The position numbers and the translations under genes are program-made. DNA of 64,000 bases from Octopus vulgaris (Eukaryota): the NCBI GenBank assembly GCA_951406725.2, contig OX597814.1, positions 183,086,001 through 183,150,000 of the forward strand, in the 5' to 3' direction. The notes under the pieces are model-generated. The model made no database searches. It was not told where the DNA came from and was given only the letters and a program-made list of their open reading frames with translations. This document shows positions 13,586 to 26,659 of the stretch, piece after piece. Each line of letters opens with the position of its first letter. Position 1 is the stretch's first letter.

Positions 13586-14217
13586 TATGTGTTAATATAA
13601 TTACATCAGAATAACTTATAAAAGAAACAAGTAATAAGGATAGTCTGTGTAAGAAAATGATCCTGTATAAATCTATTTACGCACCGAAATGTCAGCTGTC
13701 GCAAAAATGGGATAATGTTTTAAATTTTAGCTGAAGTTCGAAAAACTTAATTAAGAATGTTTAGAAATATGCAATTGTAACATATCTGAGAATGTTACCA
13801 TATTTTAGTCACATACTAACAGGGAGAACCAAGTGCTTAGATGCCTAAAGTGACTAATTTCTTTAGGTGGTTTGCTTCTTTATATAGCATGTCTCATGCC
13901 GCTTCTACCGAATTAAAAATATACGCGTTGGTCGCAGAAAACAATTTTTCATTTCGATACAGAGTAACCTTCCAGATTTTATATCTAATGTATGTCCTGA
14001 TTCTAAAATTGCTAAGGGAATTTGAAGTGCAAAGACATAGAATTTTGTCATTGTTATTGATAAGCATTACCTGAACATTCATATAAAACAATTCAAAGAA
14101 TATCAATTTTATTTAGCAATTCTTGATAAACGAATTCATGTATCAACAGAAAACCAACTTGATATAATAACTTCAATTTATGGTAGCTATACTCAAAGAT
14201 AACATTTTAAAAATCCT

Positions 14218-14401
14218 TTACTCGCTTTAGTCATTAGACTACAGCCATACTGGGGCACTGTCTTGAAGAGTTTTTAATCGAATGAATCGACCCCAGTACT
14301 TTATTCTTTAATCCATCGCTTTTGCTGAACCGCTATGTTACGAGGACATAAACATACCAACACCGGTTGACAAGCGGTGAAAGGGTTCAAAAACAGACAC
14401 A

Positions 14402-14446
<45 letters not shown>

Positions 14447-14632
14447 CCTACCGCACATAGATATATTTTTATACAACGAGCTTCTTTCAGTTTCCGTCTA
14501 CTAAATCCACTCACAAGGCTTTAGTCGGACCGAAGCTATAGTAGAAGACGCTTGCCCAAGGTGCCACGCGGTGTGACTGAAGCTGGAACCATGTTGTTAG
14601 TATGCAAGCTTCTTTTCCCAAAGCCATGTCTG
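14218..14632 (-). mobile_element. SINE family A, diverged
   Basis: Similarity along the whole length. Confidence 0.8.
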
Positions 14633-15391
14633 ACAAGTATTTAAAAACAAAACAAAGATTTGAATTTGATTGCTGTCAACAATTCTATAACAGATTAAAT
14701 TAAAAAAAAAAATTTTACTAATTCATTAAAAATAATCTAGGATCAAAAGTGGTGTTCAAAGACCAGCACTTGTCTTCTTTTACTTCAATAGCAATTGAAA
14801 AGAGATGACGTCAGCATTTACAATACTAAAAGGTTTATAGAATCCAGTAGTTAAAATGTAGTTTGCATTTCTAACATCTAGATTACCAAATATAAATAAA
14901 ACGTATTAAGAATTTGAAGCGAAGAGCTTTGGAACTGACAGGTTTCATATCTCCATCAATATAGTTATTCTTATTAAAAGTGAATTACTAAAAGATGTAG
15001 AAATAGCGAATGTTAATATCACTTCAAAAGCAAGAATGAAAGTATCAAAAAATCGCAAAATTTTTACTTGTGTTAGTATTTTTAAATTTGATACTAAAAG
15101 CTTTAGCATTAAATTAGAAATAATTATGCGGTGAAGCAATGACAAATAATATTTTAAGTAGTTAGTGACCTTTGGAAGAGCGACATGGCTGAGTGGATCA
15201 GAAACTAGTATTGTAACCAGGTGATCCTGGTTTCAATCTTTTTACGAAACGCCCTGGGAAAATATCTTGTATCATAGTCTCGGATAAGCGGTGTTTGGCA
15301 TAGAAATCGTGCGGTGTGCCGTGGTGCGCGTGCGTTTATATATACCTATGCACATGCATATATGCATGTGTATGTACATACATATATATGT

Positions 15392-15755
15392 GGAGGCGCA
15401 ATGGCCCAGTGGACTCACCGTCAAAGGATCGCAGTTCCGATTCCCAGACCGGGCGTTCTGAGTGTTTATTGAGCAAAAGTACCTGATACTCCACGAGGCT
15501 CCGACAGGGGGATGTGGTGAACTCTGCTGTATTCTTTCATCACAATTCTCTCTCACTCTTTCTTCCTGTTTCTCTTGTACCTGTATTTTCAAAGGGCCAC
15601 CCTTGTCACACTCTGTGTCACGCTGAATCTACCCCGAGAACTACGTTAAGGGTACACGTGTCTGTGGAGTGCTCAACCACTTGCACGTTAATTTCACGAG
15701 CTGGCTGTTCCGTTGATCAGATCAACTGGAACCCTCGTCGTCGTAACCGACGGAG

Positions 15756-15760
<5 letters not shown>
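15392..15760 (+). mobile_element. tRNA-derived SINE, family D
   Basis: A box tggcccagtgg, B-box-like gttccgattccc; the 3' segment recurs inverted at 53007-53078. Confidence 0.7.
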
Positions 15761-15797
<37 letters not shown>

Positions 15798-16661
15798 GCA
15801 CACACACATAATTATGTATATATACTACAGGTTTATATCTTCGAAGGATGTAATCAATGGCGAAAAACCAGTGTTCTTTGAACAAAGTTCATTGAGTTAC
15901 AGACGCAACCTTGTCACGGCGTCAGAATCTCTGTGAACCATTGATCAACCTGTAGCTAGTGCCCCTATATTCCTTTTATAACGAAAGATAAAAGTCATCG
16001 GTCGTGTTTCGGTTTTATTAGACCCATTCAGATAATATATACTTCATCCTACTGTATACGTGTTGGCATGTGAATTAGCATATTTTAGAGAACAAATTAT
16101 AAATTAACTTAAATACGGTCTCTGATCCTCATGAAAAACAATTTTACTTGACCGTACATTTTTACAAAGCTCTATATTACCGAGAACACCGATTTTTAAC
16201 AAATATTTAAAACTATTTCTAAGATTGAAGACAAAGTGTTTCATAGAAGGGAAGTATAGTTATTGGAATCCAATACTTTACATGTAAGTAGTGTTTTTCC
16301 TTATATGTAAGGCCAAGTTCATGATGGGCTTAAATCATCAGTGTTCTCCAAAAAGATTTGCTCATTAATATCGTCATCCGTTACTTTTCGTGTCCGTTCC
16401 TTCCTTCCTTCCTTCCTCCCTCCCTCCCTCCTCCTTCTCCTCCTCCCCTCCTCCTCTTTTTCCTCTGCGTCTTCTTTATATTCTTCCTACTCCTCAGCTT
16501 TTCCCTCATCTTTCTTCGCTTCCTCATCTTCTTTCTTCTTCCTCTTCCTTCTCCTCTTCCTACTCCCCTCATTGTGTTAGCTGTCGTTCGCAGCAAAATT
16601 CAGGCTAGCACACATACATACATACATCCGGTCATTTCAATATGTGACCGCGTGTGTATCG

Positions 16662-16845
16662 TTGGCGATTTTCGTTCTCCGTCTTCCCTTCCTTGGACAT
16701 TACTTTTTGTCTATATTTCTGACGAAGAGCTCCGTTCGAAACGTTAAATCCTCCTTCTTTCTTTCCTTTCCTGAGCTTCCAATAACACTATATTTGTTCC
16801 AGATCCTCGTGTTGTGTTTTCTCTTTGTTCATGTTTGGATGAACA
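16662..16845 (+). mobile_element. HHR-bearing repeat, family F
   Basis: Homologous to 41812-42003 and 58872-59055. Confidence 0.75.
16715..16749 (+). ncRNA. Minimal type I hammerhead motif
   Basis: attt CTGACGA a gagc tcc gttc GAAACGTT aaat; self-complementary stem III. Confidence 0.7.
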
Positions 16846-16866
16846 TACATACATACATACACACAA

Positions 16867-16937
<71 letters not shown>

Positions 16938-16939
<2 letters not shown>

Positions 16940-17305
16940 CTCTTTACTCTTTTACTTGTTTCAGTCATTTGACTGAGGCCATGCTGGAGCATCGCCTTTA
17001 TTCGAGCAACTCGACCCCGGGACATATTCTTTGTAAGCCCAGTACTTATTCTATTGGTCTCTTTTGCCGAACCGCTAAGTGACGGGGGCATAAACACACC
17101 ACCATCGGTTGTCAAGCAATGCTAGGGGGACAAACACAGACACACAAACATACACGCACACACACACACATATATATATACATATATACGACGGACTTCT
17201 TTCAGTTTCCGTCTAACAAATCCACTCACAAGGTGCCATGCAGTTGGACTGAACCCGGCATCATATGGTTGGTAAGTAAGCTACTTACCACACCCCACTC
17301 CTGTG

Positions 17306-17307
<2 letters not shown>
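16938..17307 (-). mobile_element. SINE family A with internal deletion
   Basis: Lacks the segment between the two caagg sites. Confidence 0.85.
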
Positions 17308-17367
<60 letters not shown>

Positions 17368-17370
<3 letters not shown>

Positions 17371-17772
17371 TCTTTTACTCTTTACTCTTTTACTTGTTTC
17401 AGTCATTTGACTGCGGCCATGCTGGAGCACCGCCTTTAGTCGAGCAAATCGACCCCGGGACTTATTCTTTGCAAGCCCAGTACTTATTCTATCGGTCTCT
17501 TCTGCCGAACCGCTAGGTAACGGGGACGTAAACACACCAGCATCGGTTGTCAAGCAATGCTAGGGGGACAAACACAGACACACAAACACACACATACATA
17601 TATATACATATATACGACAGGCTTCTTTCAGTTTCCGTCTACCAAATCCACTCACAAGGCATTGGTCGGCCCGGGGCTATAGTAGAAGACACTTGCCCAA
17701 GATGCCACGCAGTGGGACTGAACCCGGAACCATGTGGTTGGTAAGCAAGCTACTTACCACACAGCCACTCCT
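17368..17772 (-). mobile_element. SINE family A, full length, young
   Basis: Close to the consensus of the other copies. Confidence 0.9.
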
Positions 17773-17782
17773 ATATACATAT

Positions 17783-18008
17783 AGGGAGAGTTTACGAAAA
17801 AAACAAAAGACGAAGACAGGTGGTGTACAAAACAAACAGATGTATTAGTATAAGGCTCAGGCATAGAAATGTCTTTTACGTTTCGGGCCTACGCTCTTCT
17901 ACAGAAAGGGACACAGGAGAGAAAAAAACAAGGAGAGAAAAAAGGAGAGAAAAAAGGAGAGAAAAAAGGAGAGAAAAAGATGTGTGTAGTGGCTAACGAT
18001 ATATCATG
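17783..18008 (-). mobile_element. HHR-bearing repeat, family E (motif at 17873-17908)
   Basis: Homologous to 20850-21046 and 58058-58236; cttt CTGTAGA a gagc gtag gccc GAAACGTA aaag. Confidence 0.75.
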
Positions 18009-18084
18009 TATATACAAGTGGATGTATTCCACCGAAACTAGGTAAATAAAACCTTCGAACAGAGACGATCAGTGGCGACACCTG

Positions 18085-18360
18085 CTGGGTCGACTACGCT
18101 ACATTGACAAAGGGCAAATACCCTGAAACGCGTCTGTAGCTGTCTGACTAGCAGTCTGAAGCGGCTGACCTCCCTTGTTCGAAGGTTATAATGGACACAG
18201 TTTGTGTGTCAAATAGCTATCTTAAAGCGATGGCCTCATGGAGCTAATCAGCGACAGCTTTTAGTCTTATATCTATAAGACTGCCATATTAATATGGCGA
18301 TAACAATTAATTTCCAGTAACGTTGCCGTAATCTCTTTTAGAGAGACTTAGTAATTTTAA

Positions 18361-18365
<5 letters not shown>
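18085..18365 (+). mobile_element. HHR-bearing repeat, family G
   Basis: Inverted homolog at 52672-52952; abuts (TA)n. Confidence 0.75.
18098..18140 (+). ncRNA. Type I hammerhead motif, U3-A8 core variant
   Basis: gctaca TTGACAA aggg caaata ccct GAAAC GC GTC tgtagc. Confidence 0.75.
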
Positions 18366-18438
<73 letters not shown>

Positions 18439-19218
18439 CACATAACGAAGCTGCAGTCGTCCTCAACATTTACGTGGTCGTCGTTGTCGTAGTCGTAATC
18501 ACAAACGCAGTTGTGACCGTTGCCATTACGAGCCTCAACATTTAAATTTCTACTTGTTTGACGTAGACGCCATATTGTCGCCTATAGTGTCGTTGTCGTC
18601 ATCGTCGTAGCCGTTGTCCTTCTCAAGGTTGTATACGTACAACTATGAAATGAAGTAATGAATTACACACATATTTCACTGCATCTTAGACAAATGACAA
18701 CGCTATATATATGTCACTCTCTTCTTCTTCTTCTTCTTCTTCTTCTTCTTCTTCTTCTTCTTCTTCTTCTTCTTCTTCTTCTTCTTCTTCTTCTTCTCCT
18801 TCTTCTCCTTTTTTTTTTTTCTTCTTCTTCTTCTTCTTCTCCTCCTCTTTCTCCTCTCCCTCCTCTTCTTCTTCCTCCTCCTCCTCCTCCTCTGCGTGCA
18901 TACCTGTGTATATATGTGCGTGTTTGGGAGAATCTATATGTGTATACGTACGTTTATGTGTCCATGTGTATGTATGACTTATGTGCATGTGTATGTGTGA
19001 CTGTGTCCATGGCCATCATGACTTCTTTTAAACTAAAGTTCAGTAGATTCGACATCAAACAAACGTGACCAATATTCACAGTACTGGCTCAACCAATTCC
19101 ATTTGATAACAACAAACGGCGTAGCCAATCCCAGTTATTTCTTTTAATGGATTCTATGGCAGACGGAGGTCAGAGGTTTCTATGTTCCAAGCCATATAAT
19201 GAAATAGACACAAACACA

Positions 19219-19282
<64 letters not shown>

Positions 19283-19617
19283 CCTTATAAACACACATGT
19301 ATATGCACGTCACAGAAACACAAACTTCGACGTACACACACACAGATACACACACACACACACACACACATACCTTATAGACACATATATATGCACGTCA
19401 CAGGAACACGAACTCCGACGTACACAGACACACACACACACACACACACATTCTTACATACACGCACCAACAGACTCGCTTGTGTGCACAGACACACACA
19501 CACACATGATCGACAGAAACGCAAATACATATTTTATGAATCATTATATATGTCTATATATTTTCATATATGTCAATATTTACGTACATTGTATGTGTGT
19601 GTGTATGTGTATGTATG

Positions 19618-19648
<31 letters not shown>

Positions 19649-20454
19649 GTGTATCAGTCTATGTGTGTATGTGTATGCATGTATGTATATAGACATATGC
19701 ATATATTTGTGTATACGTATGAATATGTCTGTCTACGTGTGCATATGTTTTTAAGAGACACAGAGAGGGATAGACAGGGAGAGAGGAGGAAGGGAGAGAG
19801 AGAAGAGAGAAGAGAAAAGGAGAACAAAGAGAAAGAGATGAGAGAGAGATTGTGTGAGTGTGTGTTAACGGATGCGTCACACTGTACGACCTTCCAAAAG
19901 TACTGTCAGATGAAGAAGACATCAATACACGTCACTTTAAAGCTTCTTTTCCTTAAAAGGAAACTGACGAACGACACCAGTTGAGAAACCATGGGATGAG
20001 CGAATGTTTTGAGGTATTAAGCTTCTTCAGTTACTGCACTGTTCATCTCGAGGTATGACAAAGATAGCTTTGACAGCTTCACTAGAATCTGACCTTGTGG
20101 AATACATGTTAGCATCTTGTAGATAATAGTCGCTGATGGAGAACCAAAACTCTTTAAATATTACAGGAAAAGCCTAATGCATAACTGGAGTATAATTGAA
20201 AAATTCTTCAGTTTGTATGAAATATCTAATTGAAGTCTAAAATATCAATTTCTGAAAAATTTTTGCAATTTACAAACTGCTATGATTATCTCGACCTATT
20301 ATTATTAGGTTCTGGGTTCAAATATAGTCGAAGTTGACTTCCCCCTTTCACCCTTAAGGGACAATACAATGAAAATTAATAGAGCACTGTGGTCGATGTA
20401 ACCGAGTTCATCATCCCTTCAAAAGTGCTTGCCTAGTGATCAAATGAGGAAGAA

Positions 20455-20513
<59 letters not shown>

Positions 20514-20590
20514 GACTGAGAGAGCAGTGCATGCCATGAAAGTGACACTGGGATAAAATGCACGAAGCCCAGTGTACCCATCATGACTAT
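20514..20590 (-). mobile_element. Terminal fragment of the (TAA)n-associated element
   Basis: Matches 27532-27608 and likewise abuts (TTA)n. Confidence 0.75.
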
Positions 20591-20782
20591 CTAGATAGAT
20601 AGATAAAGAGAGAGAGAGTGAGAAAGAGAGTGACAGGTATAAAAAAATGACTGTGCTTGTGTCGTGCGAGTGTGTCTAGTTTCATGACGAGTGATGCAAA
20701 GAGGTAAACTTAGGTAGGATGGAGATAGAGAGCATGAAGTGAAGAGATGGAGAGAGATGTAAGATAGCAGGTAATACAGTGC

Positions 20783-20836
<54 letters not shown>

Positions 20837-20849
20837 GCTATCAGTCGCC

Positions 20850-21045
20850 ATGATCGATCGTTAGCCACTTCACACATTTTTTTCTCTCCTTGTTTCTCTC
20901 CTTGTTTTTTCTGTGTCCCTTTCTGTAGAAGAGCGTAGGCTCGAAACATAAAAGACTTCTTCTATTCCTGAGCGTTATACTAATACATCTATTTGTTTTG
21001 TACACCACCTGCCTTCGTCTTTTGTTTTTTTTCGTAAACTCTCCC

Positions 21046-21046
<1 letters not shown>
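20850..21046 (+). mobile_element. HHR-bearing repeat, family E (motif at 20919-20954)
   Basis: cttt CTGTAGA a gagc gtag gctc GAAACATA aaag; flanked by (GATA)n. Confidence 0.75.
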
Positions 21047-21121
<75 letters not shown>

Positions 21122-21602
21122 TAGACAGATATATAGACAGATAGATAGATAAATAATAGAGAGATTGCTAGCTAGATAGATGGATTGATAAATGGATAGA
21201 AGGAAACAAAAACAGAGAAAAAGAGAGAGAGAGAGAAAGAGAGAGAATGAAGGGTAGACAGTGTGAGTAAACATTGATATACACAAGATAATTAATAGAA
21301 CGTTAAAAGAGAAATAAAGTATTTTACTGGAGAAAATATTGATTTGAAGTTTAAATAAACAAATTAGCAGAACCAGAATTTACGAGAATCGAATAAGTTG
21401 CAAACTGAAATTTACAACGCACCAATGTACATAATACATACATACATACATACATACATACATACATACATACATACATACATACGTACGTACGTACATA
21501 CATACATACATACATACATACATACATACATACATACATACGTACGTACATACATACACACATACATACATACGTACGTACATACATACATACATACATA
21601 CA

Positions 21603-21636
<34 letters not shown>

Positions 21637-21924
21637 CATACATTCAGCAGGTGGCCGGACAAAATTTATTGCAAATTAAAAAGAGAATGAAAACACACAC
21701 ACACACACACACATACATACATACACACATACACACATGTGCATCTACGTATTTCTACGTCTGTGTGTGCTTGCGTATGTGTTTACATGTGTGTGTGTGT
21801 GATTGTTTGTGTATTTATATGTGTATGTGCTTATGTAATGTTATTGGAATGGTCTCACATTTTGCTTGCAAATTTAAACGAACGAAAGAAGCGAAAATCA
21901 GATCAGTTGATGTGGCGGAAACGT

Positions 21925-22135
21925 TTTGAGCAAGCAGCCTCGTTAGAACGTCGGACAAAATAATTAGCGGCATTTTTTCTGACTCATTACGTTCTGTTTT
22001 GAAATTCTGCCGATGTTGACTTTGCTATTCATCCTCCCTGTATAGATGAAATAAGTACCAGTCATGTACTGGGGCCGATGTAATCGGCTTGCCTGCTCGC
22101 CCCAGCCCCAAATTTTCAGCCTTGTGCCAATAATA
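21925..22135 (+). mobile_element. SINE family B, old diverged copy
   Basis: Decayed A/B boxes and gactttgctattcatcc…ataagtaccag. Confidence 0.65.
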
Positions 22136-22214
22136 GGAAGAATGATTTTTATCAATGGTACACTGCCAGTAAACAAAGAATGCGAGCGCGCGTTTGTAAT
22201 TTTGTGCATTTCTA

Positions 22215-22247
<33 letters not shown>

Positions 22248-22288
22248 GTAAGCTTGTATATTCCTATGCGTAGATGTATATATATATA

Positions 22289-22335
<47 letters not shown>

Positions 22336-22405
22336 ATATATATACGAGTATGTAGACGAATATGTATGTATGTATATATGTATGTATGTATGTATGTATA
22401 TATAT

Positions 22406-22442
<37 letters not shown>

Positions 22443-22450
22443 CATACATT

Positions 22451-22497
<47 letters not shown>

Positions 22498-22677
22498 AGA
22501 AGACCCAAAAGCAGCTAGGGATATATAAGTGCTACGGAAGGATTGCTGTTAAACTCCCGGTTCAATAATAGCATGAGTGAGGAGTCTAATGCAGGTCTTT
22601 TGTTAGCGTGTATATGTTAAATAAAATGAAACAAAGCCAAGGCAGCGTGAAAATTCGAGGTTCCTTCTTATTAAAGA

Positions 22678-23190
22678 CTAGCAGTATCGCCCGGCGTTGC
22701 TCGGGTTTGTAAGGGAAATAACTATATAAGCATTTTTAGAGAGTTACTTCCCTTATAGATGCCAATTCGGGCTTTCTTAGCCATTTCTGTTTTGGTGTCT
22801 TCGAGCCATGAAGTCGTTGTTCTAAAAGAACGCTGGTCTCCTTGACAACGCTTTACGACGTTGATTTCCTTACACTCCCTTCCCCACAGCTTCACGAGGG
22901 AGGGAAGAAGGGGGAGAAGGAAACAGGTGCAGGTGTGACCATGGACGCCAACTCCGCCGCCATCGACACACGAAAAAATATGCATTAAAATGGAATAAAA
23001 AATGATGTTAAATTATTTTTAAAATCGTAGACTCATCGTAGACGCGCGCTAATACCCAGACGGGCTCTATATGAATCACGACTATAAGATACCCGAATTT
23101 GGTTAAACTGCACCGCAAAATGTGGGAGTAGTTAGGAATCTAAATCGAAGGGGACAGACACTCACACAACTACAGTTTTATATATATAGA
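22678..23190 (-). mobile_element. Non-autonomous Helitron with extra internal segment
   Basis: 5' TC, 3' hairpin plus CTAG, A|T target; near-identical to 56991-57500. Confidence 0.85.
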
Positions 23191-25208
23191 TAAGCTGAAC
23201 ATTAAGGAGTGTTCGTTAATTTCAATTTATATACCTTTAACATTTTGAGACGATCCCACAATAGCCCGAAACTTAAAATTCTTCACACTTCACGCTAGCT
23301 GAATCTAATAAGAGCTCTTCAAGAACTTTCCCATGGTATAACTCTTGTCGGTACAAACCATCGTCAGTTTCTCACAGAGCGTTAAAAAGATCGTTAATTT
23401 TATCAATAGTCCTTCCAGCTATTTTGTCGAAGACATACATATTATAGAAGGTGTTTTGTTTTTCAAATACGAATATACAGTAAAAGAAACAAGGAGAACT
23501 TGAAACATTTCTTACTACCTTCTCAGAATGTTATCCCCAATATTGTGTCCAACTAAACCTCCACGCAAGAAAAGGAAGAAAACCAAATGGAATGTTAATT
23601 CTATTAAGCATCATGGAGCAGATGAATGAATTAATTCCTTGTAAGAATAAGCGTACGTTACAGCAATGTTAGAAATATAATATTCTTGCAGATGAATGTC
23701 GAAGTGTATAATTAGATTGTATTGAATGGATTTATATTGCATTGATTACTCTTAATTATTATTAAAGTCCCAAGTCATGGCTCACAATCTTGTTAAGAAG
23801 TCTATAATTCCGTCATTTGCGACTTAAAACCCACCACCCAATAACTCGCATTCCCATTTAAATTCACTTTGAATTTTGAATCTTTCTCAAATCCATAATT
23901 CAGATTTATTCAAAGTCCAAATTCAAAGATCATTTATCGTGTATCATTCCTATTTTGTATCTGTATTTCCATAATTCATACCTCAAACGTCTTAACTCAG
24001 AGGCCCAAATGTCATCAGCCACTCTCATACTCTCGATCAAACCTTAAAAATTAAACCTCATTCGAATTACAAGATCAAAACAATGAAGATTATTATTTTT
24101 TCAATTTAGATTACATTATACCTACATTTTAAAGATTCTCCAGCAAGCTTACACTTATTCAAATATTATCAAAATAATGAGAACTGCATCTGTGTAATCC
24201 AATACATTTGCAGAAGGACAAAATGTGCTCAAAATTCAAAATGGAGGATATGACTGAACATATATGGTACGCAAAAGAAAGAGGCATACTGCTATGGAAT
24301 GAATTTGTCATAATAGATTTTTAAAAATTCGAAAAAATTATGGTATATAAGCACTTAAATATTACTGACGCATTAATGAAAGCACTGACAGTTCAAAAGT
24401 GAATAAGAACTTTACTATTATTTGTTTAGAAATAAAGGTTCCTACTTGGAAATCAGTCTGGGAAAATGTACAATATACACGAATTAAAACATCTGGTAAA
24501 AACAAATCTCTAATATTTCTTTTAAATTAAATGTTATCTAATAGACCACTTTCCAGATGCTATCATTCAACATTTACAGACATACAAGATTTTGATTTTT
24601 TTTACAAAACATTACTTCTTCGCAAATAAATTGGAGAAAATACAAAAAATTCTTTTTTATTCTTATTTTAGTTTTCGCATCTTCTACCAATTTGTGTATT
24701 CACATATGTCTCTATTTCTATCACTCATCCTCTCTCTCTCTCTTTCCCCCTCTCTCTCGCTTTCTTTCTGTCTGTCTGTCTCTCTCTCTCTCACTTCTAG
24801 GGCTGGAAGTCAAAATGCTACACATGCAGAACATACTACCGTAGTGGTTTCTAACGCACAAGAGAAGGTATGTTGGGCGAGAGCCCTCCACCGGCTTCTA
24901 ACATCTCCGTCGTATACACACCAAAATTTACGGTAGCAGGAATAATAGCAATGGAATTCAGATATAAAGCAGAAACTATAACAACTACAGTAACCACTCA
25001 CGATGATGTCCATGGGGAAATACCCTCAAAAACAGACATGCAAGACAAAATCTAATCAGACACAGATATAACCGTGAAACCTTCCAACCCCTTAAATGAA
25101 GAAAATGATGATGGTAACAGCGAAGGGTCAGAAAAATAACAAAAAAAGAAAAAGGAAAGAGAAAACGAAAAAGTTGAACATGAGCAGGATAAAAGAAATA
25201 TAGTCATA

Positions 25209-25443
25209 CCTATTTCTTTACTACCCACAAGGGGCTAAACACAGAGAGGAAAAACAAGGACAGACAAACGGATTAAGTCGATTATATCGACCCCAGTGCG
25301 TAACTGGTACTTATTTAATCGACCCCGAAAGGATGAAAGGCAAAGTCGACCTCGGCGGAATTTGAACTCAGAACGTAGCGTTAGACGAAATACCGCTAAG
25401 TATTTTGCCGAGCGTGTTAACGATTCTGCCAGCTCGCCGCCTT
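25209..25443 (-). mobile_element. SINE family B, full length
   Basis: TSD aaaagaaa(t/c)atagtcata at 25191-25208 and 25445-25462. Confidence 0.9.
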
Positions 25444-25754
25444 GAAAAGAAACATAGTCATATCTCCAAGGCCCATACATTTGGGAGACCGAAGTGTTAC
25501 TAAAATATAACACTAAAATAAAACAAAAGACACTTCAAAATGAGCAGCACCAGCAACATACATAACAATAGGAACAAATGGTGTAACAGCTGTTGAGAAA
25601 TGACATCGGTATTCTGCTCAAAACTCATGACATTTCATATTTATGGGTGAAGATCATTTTGGAAGATCCTAGGGGAAGAGTTCTAATGCTCCAGATTACT
25701 ACAAGTTAAAACAAGCACGGTAGATTTTCTAATCTTTTCGCCTTTCGCAAGTCA

Positions 25755-26250
25755 AATTGGGAGTGGACTGCATAAATAGACATTATCTGGTGTGGACACT
25801 GAAGGAGAGACATCTGCTGAACAATCTAAGGGAAATGAATTTAAATGTGATAGCCATCATTGAGACATAATTTCCTGAGACTCTATGATGTAGGCCTCTT
25901 TCGGCCGGCCCGAAAGGAGTGGTGTGACAATGTCGGTGTAGAAAGGCATGAGCCTCGAGGTATGAATGGTCTTCCTTGATCTGGATGGTAGCACCAGAAG
26001 GTGTGGTAGAACTTTCATACAGGTGGCCGTTTATAGCTTGAAGGAAGCTGGTGGACTAGATTTCTTCAGTAGTCTAAAGTTTTTAATTAGCTCATTTGTG
26101 CTAGTGAGCTATTGAAATGGCATTTTAAATATATGGAGAGCTCGTTCAGCAGTAGCCAATAAGGAAAGGGTGTGTAAAACTTTCGTAAATCCCTTTAAGT
26201 ATTTCCAACGGCCTGACAGGTAACGATTAGATTTCTCAAACACATTTCTC
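25755..26250 (+). pseudogene. Decayed L1/Tx1-type APE endonuclease remnant
   Basis: HLLNNLREMNLNVIAIIET…GRPERSGVTM…VFLDLDG…VAVYS follows the order of APE N-terminal motifs; stops present. Confidence 0.4.
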
Positions 26251-26659
26251 ATCCTACTTAGACAAAGGTGTTAATAGGTTAACCAATAGGGATAATGTGA
26301 ATTGCTCAGAATTTTAGCTATTTTCGCGACCACAGATTCATGTCTTGCATAGTCAATTTAAACAAGATTGATATGCAGGGTGCTTATTAATTGGATCTGA
26401 TGCATTTTTCCCAGGCACCAAAACGTTTTAAGTAATCAGATTAGCGAATTCGTTAAGCGGGGATTGATGGGTGCCATTATTAATTTCAAGTGGTGGGTTT
26501 CATTAAAGAGGAAAATTTGAGCATAACCTTTAATTATAAGAGCAAGTTGTAATACAGGAAAGTAAATTTGAAAAGGAGCTCTACTCAATGAGAAGTGATA
26601 AACAAGACAGTAATCGCTTACGACGTGCTTTTAGCAAGAACCATCCTTGACTCTTTCCT

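Noticed and set aside
15998-16036. HHR-like ggt…acc GAAAC on the minus strand
   Set aside because: Core reads CTGAATG and stems I/III are absent
19275-19440. Two-copy tandem duplication within (CA)n (similar one at 715-905)
   Set aside because: Ordinary slippage or unequal crossover between microsatellites
24800-25190. Possible coding exon
   Set aside because: Short ORFs with no recognisable homology; more likely decayed element sequence upstream of the APE remnant
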